From Legionellales bacterium (GTDB lineage Bacteria > Pseudomonadota > Gammaproteobacteria > M30B25): a stretch of DNA of 64,000 nucleotides. The notes below the pieces were generated by a model, which was not told the DNA's origin, ran no database searches, and was given only the letters and a program-made list of their open reading frames with translations. A program made the position numbers and the translations under genes. Positions 1 through 9,127 of the stretch are shown here, piece after piece. The stretch is from contig JBDOIW010000036.1 in NCBI GenBank assembly GCA_047404175.1, positions 4,351 through 68,350 of the forward strand, in the 5' to 3' direction. Position 1 is the first letter of the stretch. The number at the start of each line of letters is the position of its first letter.

Positions 1-123
1 TTGTTTAAGTTCAATGATGCTATTTTACGATCACTCGTGTTGGCTCGTAAAGAAGCTATTTCTTCCCCATCACCTATGATGGCGGACAAATCATCTGCTC
101 GTCAAGAAGAGCAAAGCAACTAA
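1..123 (+). CDS. rpsF: 30S ribosomal protein S6, C-terminal part (5' end outside window)
   Basis: Frame 1 reads [27 protein letters not shown]..., matching the S6 FRFNDAVIRS...SPM motif; lies directly upstream of rpsR. Confidence 0.9.
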   Translation: MFKFNDAILRSLVLARKEAISSPSPMMADKSSARQEEQSN

Positions 124-137
124 TTAAGGGGGCTATA

Positions 138-362
138 ATGTCTTATTCAAAAAGAAAAAAAATGGTTCGTTTAACTGGTGATTCATTAGATCAAATCGAC
201 TATAAAAACATTGATTTACTGTTGAATTATGTCATTGAGACAGGCCGTATCATTCCTAGTCGTATTACAGGAACTTCTGCTAAAGCTCAAAGGCTCGTTA
301 CACGAGAAATTAAATTAGCACGTTATCTTGCTCTCATTCCTTACTGTGATAATCACAAATAA
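138..362 (+). CDS. rpsR: 30S ribosomal protein S18
   Basis: IDYKNIDLL...[13 protein letters not shown]...ARYLALIPY motif. Confidence 0.98.
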   Translation: MSYSKRKKMVRLTGDSLDQIDYKNIDLLLNYVIETGRIIPSRITGTSAKAQRLVTREIKLARYLALIPYCDNHK

Positions 363-371
363 GGAGCAGCA

Positions 372-1283
372 GTGATCTCATTCAGTCAGGGATTGATTGA
401 AAATAAGCGCCAGCGGACACTTTGTTCGGTTCTGGCGCTTTTTCTTTATACCTTAGGTATTCCTGTTCTGGCGCCAATAGCTAATGGTTTTTACGTTTAC
501 TTGATAGCTTTGGTTGTTTTACGCAAAGGTTTACACGATGCGCTGATGTTGTTTGTGTTGGCATTGGCCTGGGGTCTAGGGCTTCTGGCTTTAGCTGATT
601 TTGCACTTAAGAGTGTGGTTGCTCTTATGGTGACTATGACGTGGTTGAAGTTGGGAGTGACTGCTCTAGCTGCTCATAGTTATCGATTATCAAAAATATG
701 GTGTCAGCCTTCGTTTGTGATGGTTGGTGTTCTAATGGTAAGTCTTATGGGGCTGCATATAGTGTTGCCTGAGCTTAATGCGAACATTCAGGAGTCTGTT
801 CTTTCTATGTTGCCTCCAGAGACCTCTGCGTTGTTTGCCGGGCCAGATAATTTTCTATATGGCTATTTGTTTGCAACATTGCTTGTGAATGAAATGACAC
901 TGATCATGCTTGTTTTGGTGTTTGCAAGGTATATGCAGTCGCAATGTTATTTTCCTGAGGGCTTTGCTGTTGAGTGGAAGGGCGCGCGCTGTCCTATTGC
1001 TTATTACAAGGCTTTATTTGCTGTTATGGGCATATTTTTACTGTTCTATTTCTTCACAGATGATCAAGGGACTTTACAGGTTCTTTTAGAGTTTATGGTC
1101 ATTGCCTATATGCCGGCAGTCTTAGAGACGGTTTTTCTTGGACATCAGCATTGGCTGAAACAAGGGGGGCAGCTAGCAGTTGTGGCATATTATGTCATAA
1201 TTTTGCTCCTATTTTCTGCTTTTTATCCTGTTTTTGCGATGATTTCATGTGCTCGATGTTTTTTTAATTTGAGAAATACCTAG
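372..1283 (+). CDS. Polytopic membrane protein, DUF2232/YybS-like
   Basis: Many hydrophobic helices; position between rpsR and rplI is typical of this family. Confidence 0.7.
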   Translation: MISFSQGLIENKRQRTLCSVLALFLYTLGIPVLAPIANGFYVYLIALVVLRKGLHDALMLFVLALAWGLGLLALADFALKSVVALMVTMTWLKLGVTALAAHSYRLSKIWCQPSFVMVGVLMVSLMGLHIVLPELNANIQESVLSMLPPETSALFAGPDNFLYGYLFATLLVNEMTLIMLVLVFARYMQSQCYFPEGFAVEWKGARCPIAYYKALFAVMGIFLLFYFFTDDQGTLQVLLEFMVIAYMPAVLETVFLGHQHWLKQGGQLAVVAYYVIILLLFSAFYPVFAMISCARCFFNLRNT

Positions 1284-1326
1284 GATTTATGTTAGTATTA
1301 AGAACTGTTTAATGAGGAGTATAGGT

Positions 1327-1773
1327 ATGAGAGTTATTCTTACGGAGCAAATTAAAGGTTTAGGCGCAATTGGTGATATTGTATCGGTAAAAGATGGTTA
1401 TGGGCGCAATTATCTTATTCCCCAAAACAGGGCAGTGGTTGCAAATGCTGCCAATATTGCAGATATTGAAGCAAATCGTGCAGATCTTGAAAAGCGTGAG
1501 CAGCAAAGGCAGCATGATGCTCAAGTGAGACTTGGCCACTTCAAAGGCATGAGTTTGTCTATTGCTTGCCAGGCTTCAGAAGAAGGTAAACTTTACGGCG
1601 CAGTCTCAAGTGCTAAGGTTTTGGAACTGATCAAGTCACAGGGGCATGATGTGCGTAGTTCTGAGATCGAAATGCCAAATGAATCCATTCGTAACATTGG
1701 GGACTACGAGGTAACACTTCACCTCTATCAAGATGTTAGTTGTGTAGTGCCATTGACTGTTGTAGCGCAGTAA
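1327..1773 (+). CDS. rplI: 50S ribosomal protein L9
   Basis: MRVIL...LGAIGDIVSVKDGYGRNYLIP; GAGGAG RBS supports ATG at 1327. Confidence 0.97.
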   Translation: MRVILTEQIKGLGAIGDIVSVKDGYGRNYLIPQNRAVVANAANIADIEANRADLEKREQQRQHDAQVRLGHFKGMSLSIACQASEEGKLYGAVSSAKVLELIKSQGHDVRSSEIEMPNESIRNIGDYEVTLHLYQDVSCVVPLTVVAQ

Positions 1774-1794
1774 CCTGATCTAACGGTTATTGCG

Positions 1795-3180
1795 ATGGAT
1801 CACACGTCATCCAGTTCAGTAAACGAGCCTGCAAAGCTTAAGGTTCTACCTCATTCGCTTGAGGCAGAGCAGTCAGTCTTAGGAGCGCTTATGTTGGTTC
1901 CTTCGGCATGGGATAATGTCGTGGGTTTAGTCAGCACACAAGACTTTTACAAAGAGAGTCATCAGCGTATTTTTGAAACAATGGGCCGCCTATCAGATAA
2001 AGGCGAGCCTTTTGATGTGCTTACCGTTTCCGAAGCGCTTAAATCACTTAATCAACTGGAAAGTATTGGTGGCGATGCTTATCTGTTTGAAATTGCAAAC
2101 AATACGCCAACTACAGCGAATGTTCAGAGTTACGCCAGCTTGGTGCGAGAAAAGTCCATACTAAGGCAAATTGTGCAGGTTTCTAATAGGGTTGCTAACT
2201 TAGCGCTAGCGCCTGAGGGGAGATCTTGTCATGAAGTGGTAGAAGCGGCAGAAACTCAGATCCTTAAAATTAGTGATCAAGATACTCGAGGCTCTGAGCC
2301 TCAGCCAGTGGGCTCATTTTTGTCGATTGCAACAGATCGCATTGACAAGCTTTATCGTTCTGATGGTGATTTGGCGGGTACTCCTTCTGGTTTCAATGAT
2401 CTTGATAAAATGACAGCAGGGATGCACCCAGGCGATTTAATCATTATTGCTGGACGCCCTTCGATGGGTAAAACATCTTTTGCTATGAATATTGCAGAAA
2501 ACGTTGCAATTAAATCGAAGAAAACCTCGTTAGTCTTTAGTCTTGAAATGTCAGGGGATAGTTTGGCCACTCGAATGTTGTCGTCGTTAGGCCGAATTGA
2601 TCAAAATAAGGTCCGCACAGGTCAGCTTGCCGATGATGATTGGCCACGACTTACTTCTGCAGTGAGCATGTTATCTTCATCCACCATGATGATTGATGAT
2701 ACTCCTGCTTTAAGCCCAACTGAAATGCGTTCTCGAGTTCGTCGTGTGATAAAACAACATGGTGAAATTGGCGTCATTGTTGTGGATTATCTACAGCTTA
2801 TGCAAGTGCCGGGTCTCAAAGACAATCGAACATTAGAGATCTCTGAGATTTCCCGATCATTAAAGATGATTGCTAAAGAAGCTGGTGTGCCGCTTTTGGC
2901 ACTATCTCAGCTTAATCGTGGTTTAGAACAACGCCAAGACAAGCGTCCCATTATGTCTGATTTGCGAGAATCAGGAGCCATTGAACAAGACGCGGATTTG
3001 ATCTTATTTATTTATCGAGACGAGGTCTACAACCCTGAAACACCAGATAAAGGCGTCTCAGAAGTTATTATTGCTAAGCACCGTAATGGAGCAACTGGTC
3101 GTATTAGACTTGCCTTTTTAGGCCAATACACTCGTTTTGAAAACTTAGCCCATTCTCATCAAGCTGAAGAGGTATTTTGA
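1795..3180 (+). CDS. dnaB: Replicative DNA helicase DnaB
   Basis: PHSLEAEQSVLG, GRPSMGKT Walker A, DYLQL, SDLRESGAIEQDAD; no intein. Confidence 0.99.
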   Translation: MDHTSSSSVNEPAKLKVLPHSLEAEQSVLGALMLVPSAWDNVVGLVSTQDFYKESHQRIFETMGRLSDKGEPFDVLTVSEALKSLNQLESIGGDAYLFEIANNTPTTANVQSYASLVREKSILRQIVQVSNRVANLALAPEGRSCHEVVEAAETQILKISDQDTRGSEPQPVGSFLSIATDRIDKLYRSDGDLAGTPSGFNDLDKMTAGMHPGDLIIIAGRPSMGKTSFAMNIAENVAIKSKKTSLVFSLEMSGDSLATRMLSSLGRIDQNKVRTGQLADDDWPRLTSAVSMLSSSTMMIDDTPALSPTEMRSRVRRVIKQHGEIGVIVVDYLQLMQVPGLKDNRTLEISEISRSLKMIAKEAGVPLLALSQLNRGLEQRQDKRPIMSDLRESGAIEQDADLILFIYRDEVYNPETPDKGVSEVIIAKHRNGATGRIRLAFLGQYTRFENLAHSHQAEEVF

Positions 3181-4295
3181 TGGAGAATAGAACGGTTGCA
3201 GAAATTGATTTAAATGCTTTGAGACATAACTTTATGCAAATGAAGCAAAAAGTTGGTGATACGAAAGTGATGAGTATGGTGAAAGCTGATGCTTATGGAC
3301 ATGGCTTACTGCCTGTTGTCTCTGCACTAAAAAACTTAACCGATGCTTTTGGGGTTCATTCGTTTGAAACAGCTATGACCATTCGAGCTCATCATCCATC
3401 TGTACACATCATCTTGTTGTCTGGGGTGTTGGATCTTAGTGCTGCAAAAGCAGCACAATCACATCATTTTGATTTGGTGTTACATAATTTCGCTCAAGTA
3501 CGTATGCTTGAGGATTTGCCAAGTCATACACCTGTTAGGGTTTGGGTGAAGATTAATACAGGCATGCACCGTCTTGGGTTTCCTGTTGAACAGGTATCAC
3601 GAGTCTATGAACAGCTTCAGCTTTTAGAACAAGTGAAGCAACCTTATTATTGGATGACACATTTTTCTGAATCAAGTAATATTGCAAGTCAGGAAACAAA
3701 TAAACAACTTGCTCGCTTTACTGCTGCAGTTGGGTGCTATCCTGGGGAAAAGTCTGCGGCCAATTCAGCTGCTATTTTAGCATGGCCTAATTCCTACTAT
3801 GAGTGGGTTAGGCCTGGAAAAATGCTTTATGGAGGCTCTCCATTAGATCACCAATCAGCTCAAGAACAACAGCTTTTACCGGTAATGACCTTAAAATCAA
3901 GAGTTATTGCATTTCAGCACGTTAAAAAAGGCGATTGTCTGGGATACGATCGCACTTGGATGTGTGAGCGAGACTCTGATATTGCAATTATATCCATCGG
4001 TTATGGTGATGGTTATCCAAGAAGTGCCGCATTTGGGACGCCTGTTCTTATTCAGGGGAAACGATATCCAGTTGTTGGACGTGTCTGTATGGATTTAATC
4101 CATGTTGATATTACGGGGTCAGATGTCATTGCTTTAGGTGATGAGGTGATTTTATGGGGCAAAGGCCTACCTGTTGACGAAGTAGCACGTTATGCAGGAA
4201 CTGTATCTTATGAACTATGTTGTCATGTCAGCGCTAGAGTGCGCAGAGACTATATTAATTGCAAACAAGAGGAGGTGATTTGTGCCGAATCGTGA
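3180..4295 (+). CDS. alr: Alanine racemase
   Basis: VKADAYGHG PLP lysine motif, GMHRLG, GYGDGYPR, GRVCMD; ATG overlaps dnaB stop (TGATG). Confidence 0.97.
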   Translation: MENRTVAEIDLNALRHNFMQMKQKVGDTKVMSMVKADAYGHGLLPVVSALKNLTDAFGVHSFETAMTIRAHHPSVHIILLSGVLDLSAAKAAQSHHFDLVLHNFAQVRMLEDLPSHTPVRVWVKINTGMHRLGFPVEQVSRVYEQLQLLEQVKQPYYWMTHFSESSNIASQETNKQLARFTAAVGCYPGEKSAANSAAILAWPNSYYEWVRPGKMLYGGSPLDHQSAQEQQLLPVMTLKSRVIAFQHVKKGDCLGYDRTWMCERDSDIAIISIGYGDGYPRSAAFGTPVLIQGKRYPVVGRVCMDLIHVDITGSDVIALGDEVILWGKGLPVDEVARYAGTVSYELCCHVSARVRRDYINCKQEEVICAES

Positions 4296-5574
4296 TAAAA
4301 AGACTTTATACCTAGGATGGATGATTTGTTTACTGGGAGCCTTCTTTTATTGCTACGAATATCTATTGCGAATAGAGCCTGTCACAATGATTGCTGAGCT
4401 CGAGGATTATTATCATCTTTCTGACACTGGTCTTGGTTTTTTAACTGCTTTTTACTATTATGCTTATACCCCAATGCAGCTTTTTGTGGGTGCGATTATT
4501 GATTATTATGGTCCGCGTCTTATTCTTACCATTGCGGTTGCTTGCTGTGCTTTAGGAAGCTTTTTATTTGGAAGTGCAGAAGTGGTGAGTATTGCCGCAG
4601 TGGGTCGTTTTATGATTGGCTTTGGTAGTGCTTTTGCTTTTGTTGGAGTGCTTAAACTGGCTGCAACATGGCTTCCAGTCAGATTTTTTGCCTTGTTTAC
4701 GGGATTAACAACAGGTCTTGGAATGGTGGGTGCGATGGCAGGTAATATGGCCATGGTTCAGATGATTCATAACATTGGTTGGCAGGAAACGATTCATTAT
4801 GGCACGGTTTTAGGTCTTATCTTAGTGCCCATTATTTGGTTTGTGATTCGTGATCACCATAGCTGGACTATAGGTGGGGAGTCACATCGGGATTTTGAGA
4901 GTCTTACTTCTGTCATTCAGGGTGTTAAATCAATTATGCTTAACCGACAAATGTGGATGAGTGGTATGATTGGCATGATCATGTTTTTTTCATTATCAAT
5001 TTTTGCTGAGGCTTGGGGGCCGCGCTTTTTGAGTTTGTTATACCCTGGCTCTAGCACGGATGCGATTACCTCCGCAAATGTTATGGTTTTTGCTGGTTGG
5101 CTAGTAGGGGCGCCTTTTGCAGGTTGGTTTTCTGATGCGATACAATCTCGGCGTTTACCTCTTATTTTGGGTAGCTTAACAACCTTTTTCTTATCTTCTT
5201 TTATTCTGTTTTACTCAGGTATTAGTATTGAGTTAATGCGCTTCTTATTGTTCTTATTTGGTTTTTGTTCAGCTGTTCAGATCAATTGCTTTGTTTTGGG
5301 GCGTGAAAACTGTCCAGACCACATGTCAGCAACTGCTGTTGCTTTTATCAATATGTGTGTGATGCTTAGTGGCATGGTATTTCAGCCTTTAGTGGGCGTT
5401 GTTTCTGACTATAGCCAGAGGCTAAGGTTGGGTATGACTAGTGTGGGCAGTAGTTTAAAAGAGCTGCCAGATTACCAGTACGCTCTAGCACTTATTCCTA
5501 TTGGATTACTTATTGCTTTTGTTTTAGCGCTTTGCATTGAAGATACTTATGGTCAGGGTGGTATTGAGGAATGA
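4282..5574 (+). CDS. MFS transporter, Pht-like
   Basis: About 12 TM helices; GAIIDYYGPR MFS loop motif; N-terminal FFYCYEYLLRI resembles Legionellales Pht transporters. Confidence 0.85.
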   Translation: MPNRDKKTLYLGWMICLLGAFFYCYEYLLRIEPVTMIAELEDYYHLSDTGLGFLTAFYYYAYTPMQLFVGAIIDYYGPRLILTIAVACCALGSFLFGSAEVVSIAAVGRFMIGFGSAFAFVGVLKLAATWLPVRFFALFTGLTTGLGMVGAMAGNMAMVQMIHNIGWQETIHYGTVLGLILVPIIWFVIRDHHSWTIGGESHRDFESLTSVIQGVKSIMLNRQMWMSGMIGMIMFFSLSIFAEAWGPRFLSLLYPGSSTDAITSANVMVFAGWLVGAPFAGWFSDAIQSRRLPLILGSLTTFFLSSFILFYSGISIELMRFLLFLFGFCSAVQINCFVLGRENCPDHMSATAVAFINMCVMLSGMVFQPLVGVVSDYSQRLRLGMTSVGSSLKELPDYQYALALIPIGLLIAFVLALCIEDTYGQGGIEE

Positions 5575-5816
5575 GCATCAGTCAAGCAGACTTAAAATGG
5601 CGATGCCGTCGCGGTATGTTAGAGCTTGATGAAATGCTCAATTCTTTCGTTGATCATCACTACGAGCAGCTTTCTTCTGATGATCAACTTGTGTTTATAC
5701 AGCTCTTGGAAGAAAGTGATCAAACATTGTGGCGATGGTTTTTGGCCATTGAGAAAAGTCCAGAAAAATACCATGACTTGATTGCACATGTGCTTAAAGC
5801 TTATCAAGCTCAGTAG
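5571..5816 (+). CDS. sdhE: Succinate dehydrogenase assembly factor SdhE (YgfY)
   Basis: LKWRCRRGMLELD signature. Confidence 0.95.
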   Translation: MSISQADLKWRCRRGMLELDEMLNSFVDHHYEQLSSDDQLVFIQLLEESDQTLWRWFLAIEKSPEKYHDLIAHVLKAYQAQ

Positions 5817-5965
5817 CTTAAGATCTTAGCATTCCCATGCATTATATTCCTTCAAATATAGTGTTAGTTCACGGTGAATCATGCTTTATATTGCATGCTT
5901 AATTTATCTGAAATATTTTTAAAAGAATGGTCTATACTTCTTGGTTGGGATTTAAAGAGTGTAAA

Positions 5966-7186
5966 ATGAAATTGTTTAAACCATTAAAATTAGCTCTTGC
6001 TTCTCTTGCCGCTGTGGGTATGATCGCAGCTTGTGGTGGTGGTTCAAGTAGTGGTAGTAATTCATCTTCAACCGTCCAGGCAACCCCCAAAACTTGTCCA
6101 GCAGGTGTTGAGTCTGCATTTCGAAACTTTCTCACTGATGAAGGGGCGGCGAACATTGCAAGTGGTGCAACTTCAGTGATATTTGAGGCAAGATACCAGG
6201 ATGATAACAATGTCCCAGACGATTATACAACGCTTGCTATTTTCTTTGAAGAGGGTGATCTCGATGGCACAGAGTTTGAGCAAATGCCACTTACCATTGT
6301 GCACAATGATCAAAACTATAGGTTGTCATTTGGTGTCGATACAGATGGTTATCCATGGTTAGCCTATCAGAACATAACAGATGTTGAATATGGTTACTAT
6401 GATGAACAAGATGTTGGATATTCAAATTGGATCTACTTACATGAAGGTCTTATCTATACGGGTGAATTTTGGTCAGACGATCTGGTTGATATGTTTGGAG
6501 ATTATCATGAAAATGAACATGGTGAAACACAAATACAGACCATAAATGATAACGGTGATATGTCATATGACAACTATGATGAAAATTTGCGTAATCAAAT
6601 TATAAATAATGAAAGATATATTGTGGTTCAGAATGAAAAAGTAAATCGGTTTTTCATGCTAGCATATGAGAAGCTAAAAGATGATAGTGGTCTTATGGAT
6701 GTTTACGATATTGATGCCCAAGATCTCGAAAGTCGTTTAGAAATATTACTAACCAGTATAGAACTTTATGAACAATACGCAAATGGCACAGTGGACTTAA
6801 GTGGTGTCGATATGACAAATACATGCTTAAAGCTGGTGATGGATAATGTGTTGCTAGACACAGAAGTTTTGGTCGAATATGACTCTACAACTGAAGAAAT
6901 GATATGGCAAGACCATCCTATCGCACACGATGTTATGAAGATTGATTTAAGTGGCAATCGTTGGTTTGATAAAAATTCATTACGTATCTTAGTGGACTCA
7001 TTATCCCAAGTGATTATTGATGAAGCAACTGGTAATATGTACTATTCTAAAGGAAACAGTTTAAAAGAGGTAGATCTTAAGGGAACATCTGTCACACAAC
7101 AAGATATTGATGATTTAATCAAAGAGGATCCCGATCGTTATTGGCACTTTATGTTACATAAAGTCAAAATCCTCATAAATGAATGA
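5966..7186 (+). CDS. Array lipoprotein 1 (acidic, C-terminal LRR-like module)
   Basis: Signal peptide MKLFKPLKLALASLAAVGMIAA|CGGG, Ser linker, TCP motif; C-terminal DLSG...CLKLVMDNV...IDLSGN; start set at 5966 by homology to paralogs. Confidence 0.85.
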   Translation: MKLFKPLKLALASLAAVGMIAACGGGSSSGSNSSSTVQATPKTCPAGVESAFRNFLTDEGAANIASGATSVIFEARYQDDNNVPDDYTTLAIFFEEGDLDGTEFEQMPLTIVHNDQNYRLSFGVDTDGYPWLAYQNITDVEYGYYDEQDVGYSNWIYLHEGLIYTGEFWSDDLVDMFGDYHENEHGETQIQTINDNGDMSYDNYDENLRNQIINNERYIVVQNEKVNRFFMLAYEKLKDDSGLMDVYDIDAQDLESRLEILLTSIELYEQYANGTVDLSGVDMTNTCLKLVMDNVLLDTEVLVEYDSTTEEMIWQDHPIAHDVMKIDLSGNRWFDKNSLRILVDSLSQVIIDEATGNMYYSKGNSLKEVDLKGTSVTQQDIDDLIKEDPDRYWHFMLHKVKILINE

Positions 7187-7199
7187 TCATCTTTCAATT

Positions 7200-7227
7200 A
7201 AAAAAGCCGCTTTAGAGCGGCTTTTTT
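7200..7227. terminator. Bidirectional intrinsic terminator, array copy 1
   Basis: AAAAAAGCCGCT-TTAG-AGCGGCTTTTTT. Confidence 0.9.
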
Positions 7228-7312
7228 GTGTTCGTCTTGAAGTTCAATTATCCAGCATAAATAAATATTTCAACTATACTTAGCGGGTTAATTTAATAAA
7301 TTAGGAAAAAAG
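7228..7312 (+). promoter_or_regulatory. Repeated array promoter/5'UTR module (copies near 9044-9127, 10905-10989, 12959-13045, partial 14810-14869)
   Basis: Shared TTGAAGTTCAA palindrome (three copies), ATAAATAAA, CTATACTT (-10 TATACT) and AGGAAAAAA RBS. Confidence 0.7.
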
Positions 7313-8959
7313 ATGAATACGTTTAAACAATTAAAATTAGGTATAGTCACATTAGCAAGCATTGGTATGATCGCAGCTTGCGGTGGAGGTTCTAGTAGTG
7401 GTTCTAGTGGTTCCAGCGTAAGTCCAATCAACAATGTGACAGGTACAACAACTTGCCCCAATGGACTTGACTTAGTTTTTGGGCAGCATTTTGCGTCTAA
7501 AGAAGATAGAATGCGCTTAGCAACTGGTGCAGATGTTATTAAGGATGCTCTATCTACTGCTGAAGTTATGCAAGACGCTGATCCCTTAGTTGTAGTTTTA
7601 ACAGGAGATTTAGCTAGAGCTATTGATCTTGGGGATGGACAAGTGGCTAATTTATCCATGGTTGTTAAGGTAAGTGAGGATAACGGTAGTGAAGTGATTA
7701 TGTTTGCTTACGTAGATCAGGAAGAAAAGGTTGTTTCTTCTATACCTTTAATAATGCCCTACATCACTGATTATATTACTAAGTCACTGGATACAGATGC
7801 ATATAAAAGAGCTTCAGAATTGTTAGTAACTCAAGCTAAAGACATAAATCCAGTAGATGTATTTACATATCTGGAGGAACATTCTGCTGAAAAAGCAAAA
7901 GATTTTCTTTTGCAGAGAATTTACGCTGAGATATCTGCATCTGGTAAAACTATACCTACAGTTTACGTTGTAATTGATGATGAAAATGACAAGGAGTTTT
8001 CAAATATTGACTTGGGTAATATGAAATGGAACGGTACTAATGAAGAAAAAATGCAAGCAGAAAAATATAGTAATCAAATACATCAACATTATGCTCACCT
8101 TCTTATAGATTACAATAAGTATTTAGAAGAATTTGTGAATTATTCTGCGAGATTGTCAGGTGTATCAGATGAGGCTACTGTTGGCGATGTTAAGGAATAT
8201 ATCTTAGGCATGCTAGAAGATTTTTTCCCTGATTTAGAGTTGGATTTGCAAAATAAGCCAGTAGAATATTGGGAATCATTTGACTGGGGGCAAATAAGTA
8301 AATCCAAAATAGACAAAGAAGCAATGTTAAAAAATTTCAAAGGATTGAAACTTGGTGATATTGTGCCAAGAAATTTAAGGTCAGATCTAAATGTTGTTAG
8401 TCAAACAACACAAAATTGGCTAGTAGCACTTGATCAATATACAGATAAGGCAGATAAAAAGTATAGCGGTTATAGTGATCTGGTAGAAAATACTCAAGTA
8501 TTATCATCTGCAGTTAGTGCTCTTAATCTGGCAGAAATATTATTAGCAGGTTTGTTTAATGGTACTATAAGCTTGAAGGGCTATGGTGTTGATGATGCTT
8601 GTATGGCTTTAATTGCTGATACAGTCGATTTCGATGTTTTTGGCAATGCAGTAACATCATTGGATCTTAGTAATAATAAGCTTGGTCCTGATGGATTGAG
8701 AGCTATTCTACAGCATTTCGATGCAAGAGATGCTAATGGTAATCGTATGCATGGTTTATCCATTAGTAGTATTAATATCTCTGGCAATGAAATGATTACA
8801 GAAGATGATGTGAACAAACTCATAGAGGAATTTTCAAGGATTCTTGGTGATGGTCTGTTCACTTCAACTATTACCATTTATCTAGATGAAACTTTGTTTG
8901 ACACGCATCAAAGGTCGCTTGAGTTAAACAAGATTATAGATGCAATGGAAATGGAATAA
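7313..8959 (+). CDS. Array lipoprotein 2
   Basis: MNTFKQLKLGIVTLASIGMIAA|CGGG lipobox; TTCP; LDLSNNKLGPDGLRAIL LRR-like unit. Confidence 0.88.
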   Translation: MNTFKQLKLGIVTLASIGMIAACGGGSSSGSSGSSVSPINNVTGTTTCPNGLDLVFGQHFASKEDRMRLATGADVIKDALSTAEVMQDADPLVVVLTGDLARAIDLGDGQVANLSMVVKVSEDNGSEVIMFAYVDQEEKVVSSIPLIMPYITDYITKSLDTDAYKRASELLVTQAKDINPVDVFTYLEEHSAEKAKDFLLQRIYAEISASGKTIPTVYVVIDDENDKEFSNIDLGNMKWNGTNEEKMQAEKYSNQIHQHYAHLLIDYNKYLEEFVNYSARLSGVSDEATVGDVKEYILGMLEDFFPDLELDLQNKPVEYWESFDWGQISKSKIDKEAMLKNFKGLKLGDIVPRNLRSDLNVVSQTTQNWLVALDQYTDKADKKYSGYSDLVENTQVLSSAVSALNLAEILLAGLFNGTISLKGYGVDDACMALIADTVDFDVFGNAVTSLDLSNNKLGPDGLRAILQHFDARDANGNRMHGLSISSINISGNEMITEDDVNKLIEEFSRILGDGLFTSTITIYLDETLFDTHQRSLELNKIIDAMEME

Positions 8960-9013
8960 AAAATTGGTGTTTTACCACAGTGGAGCACTGAATAATATGA
9001 TATTTATCTTCAC

Positions 9014-9043
9014 AAAAAAAAGCCGCTTCAGAGCGGCTTTTTT
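9014..9043. terminator. Intrinsic terminator, array copy 2
   Basis: A-tract-GCCGCT-TCAG-AGCGGC-T-tract. Confidence 0.9.
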
Positions 9044-9127
9044 GTGTTCGTCTTGAAGTTCAATCATCGAGTATAAATAAAAGATTCAACTATACTTAAC
9101 GCGTTAAATTAATAGCTAAGGAAAAAA

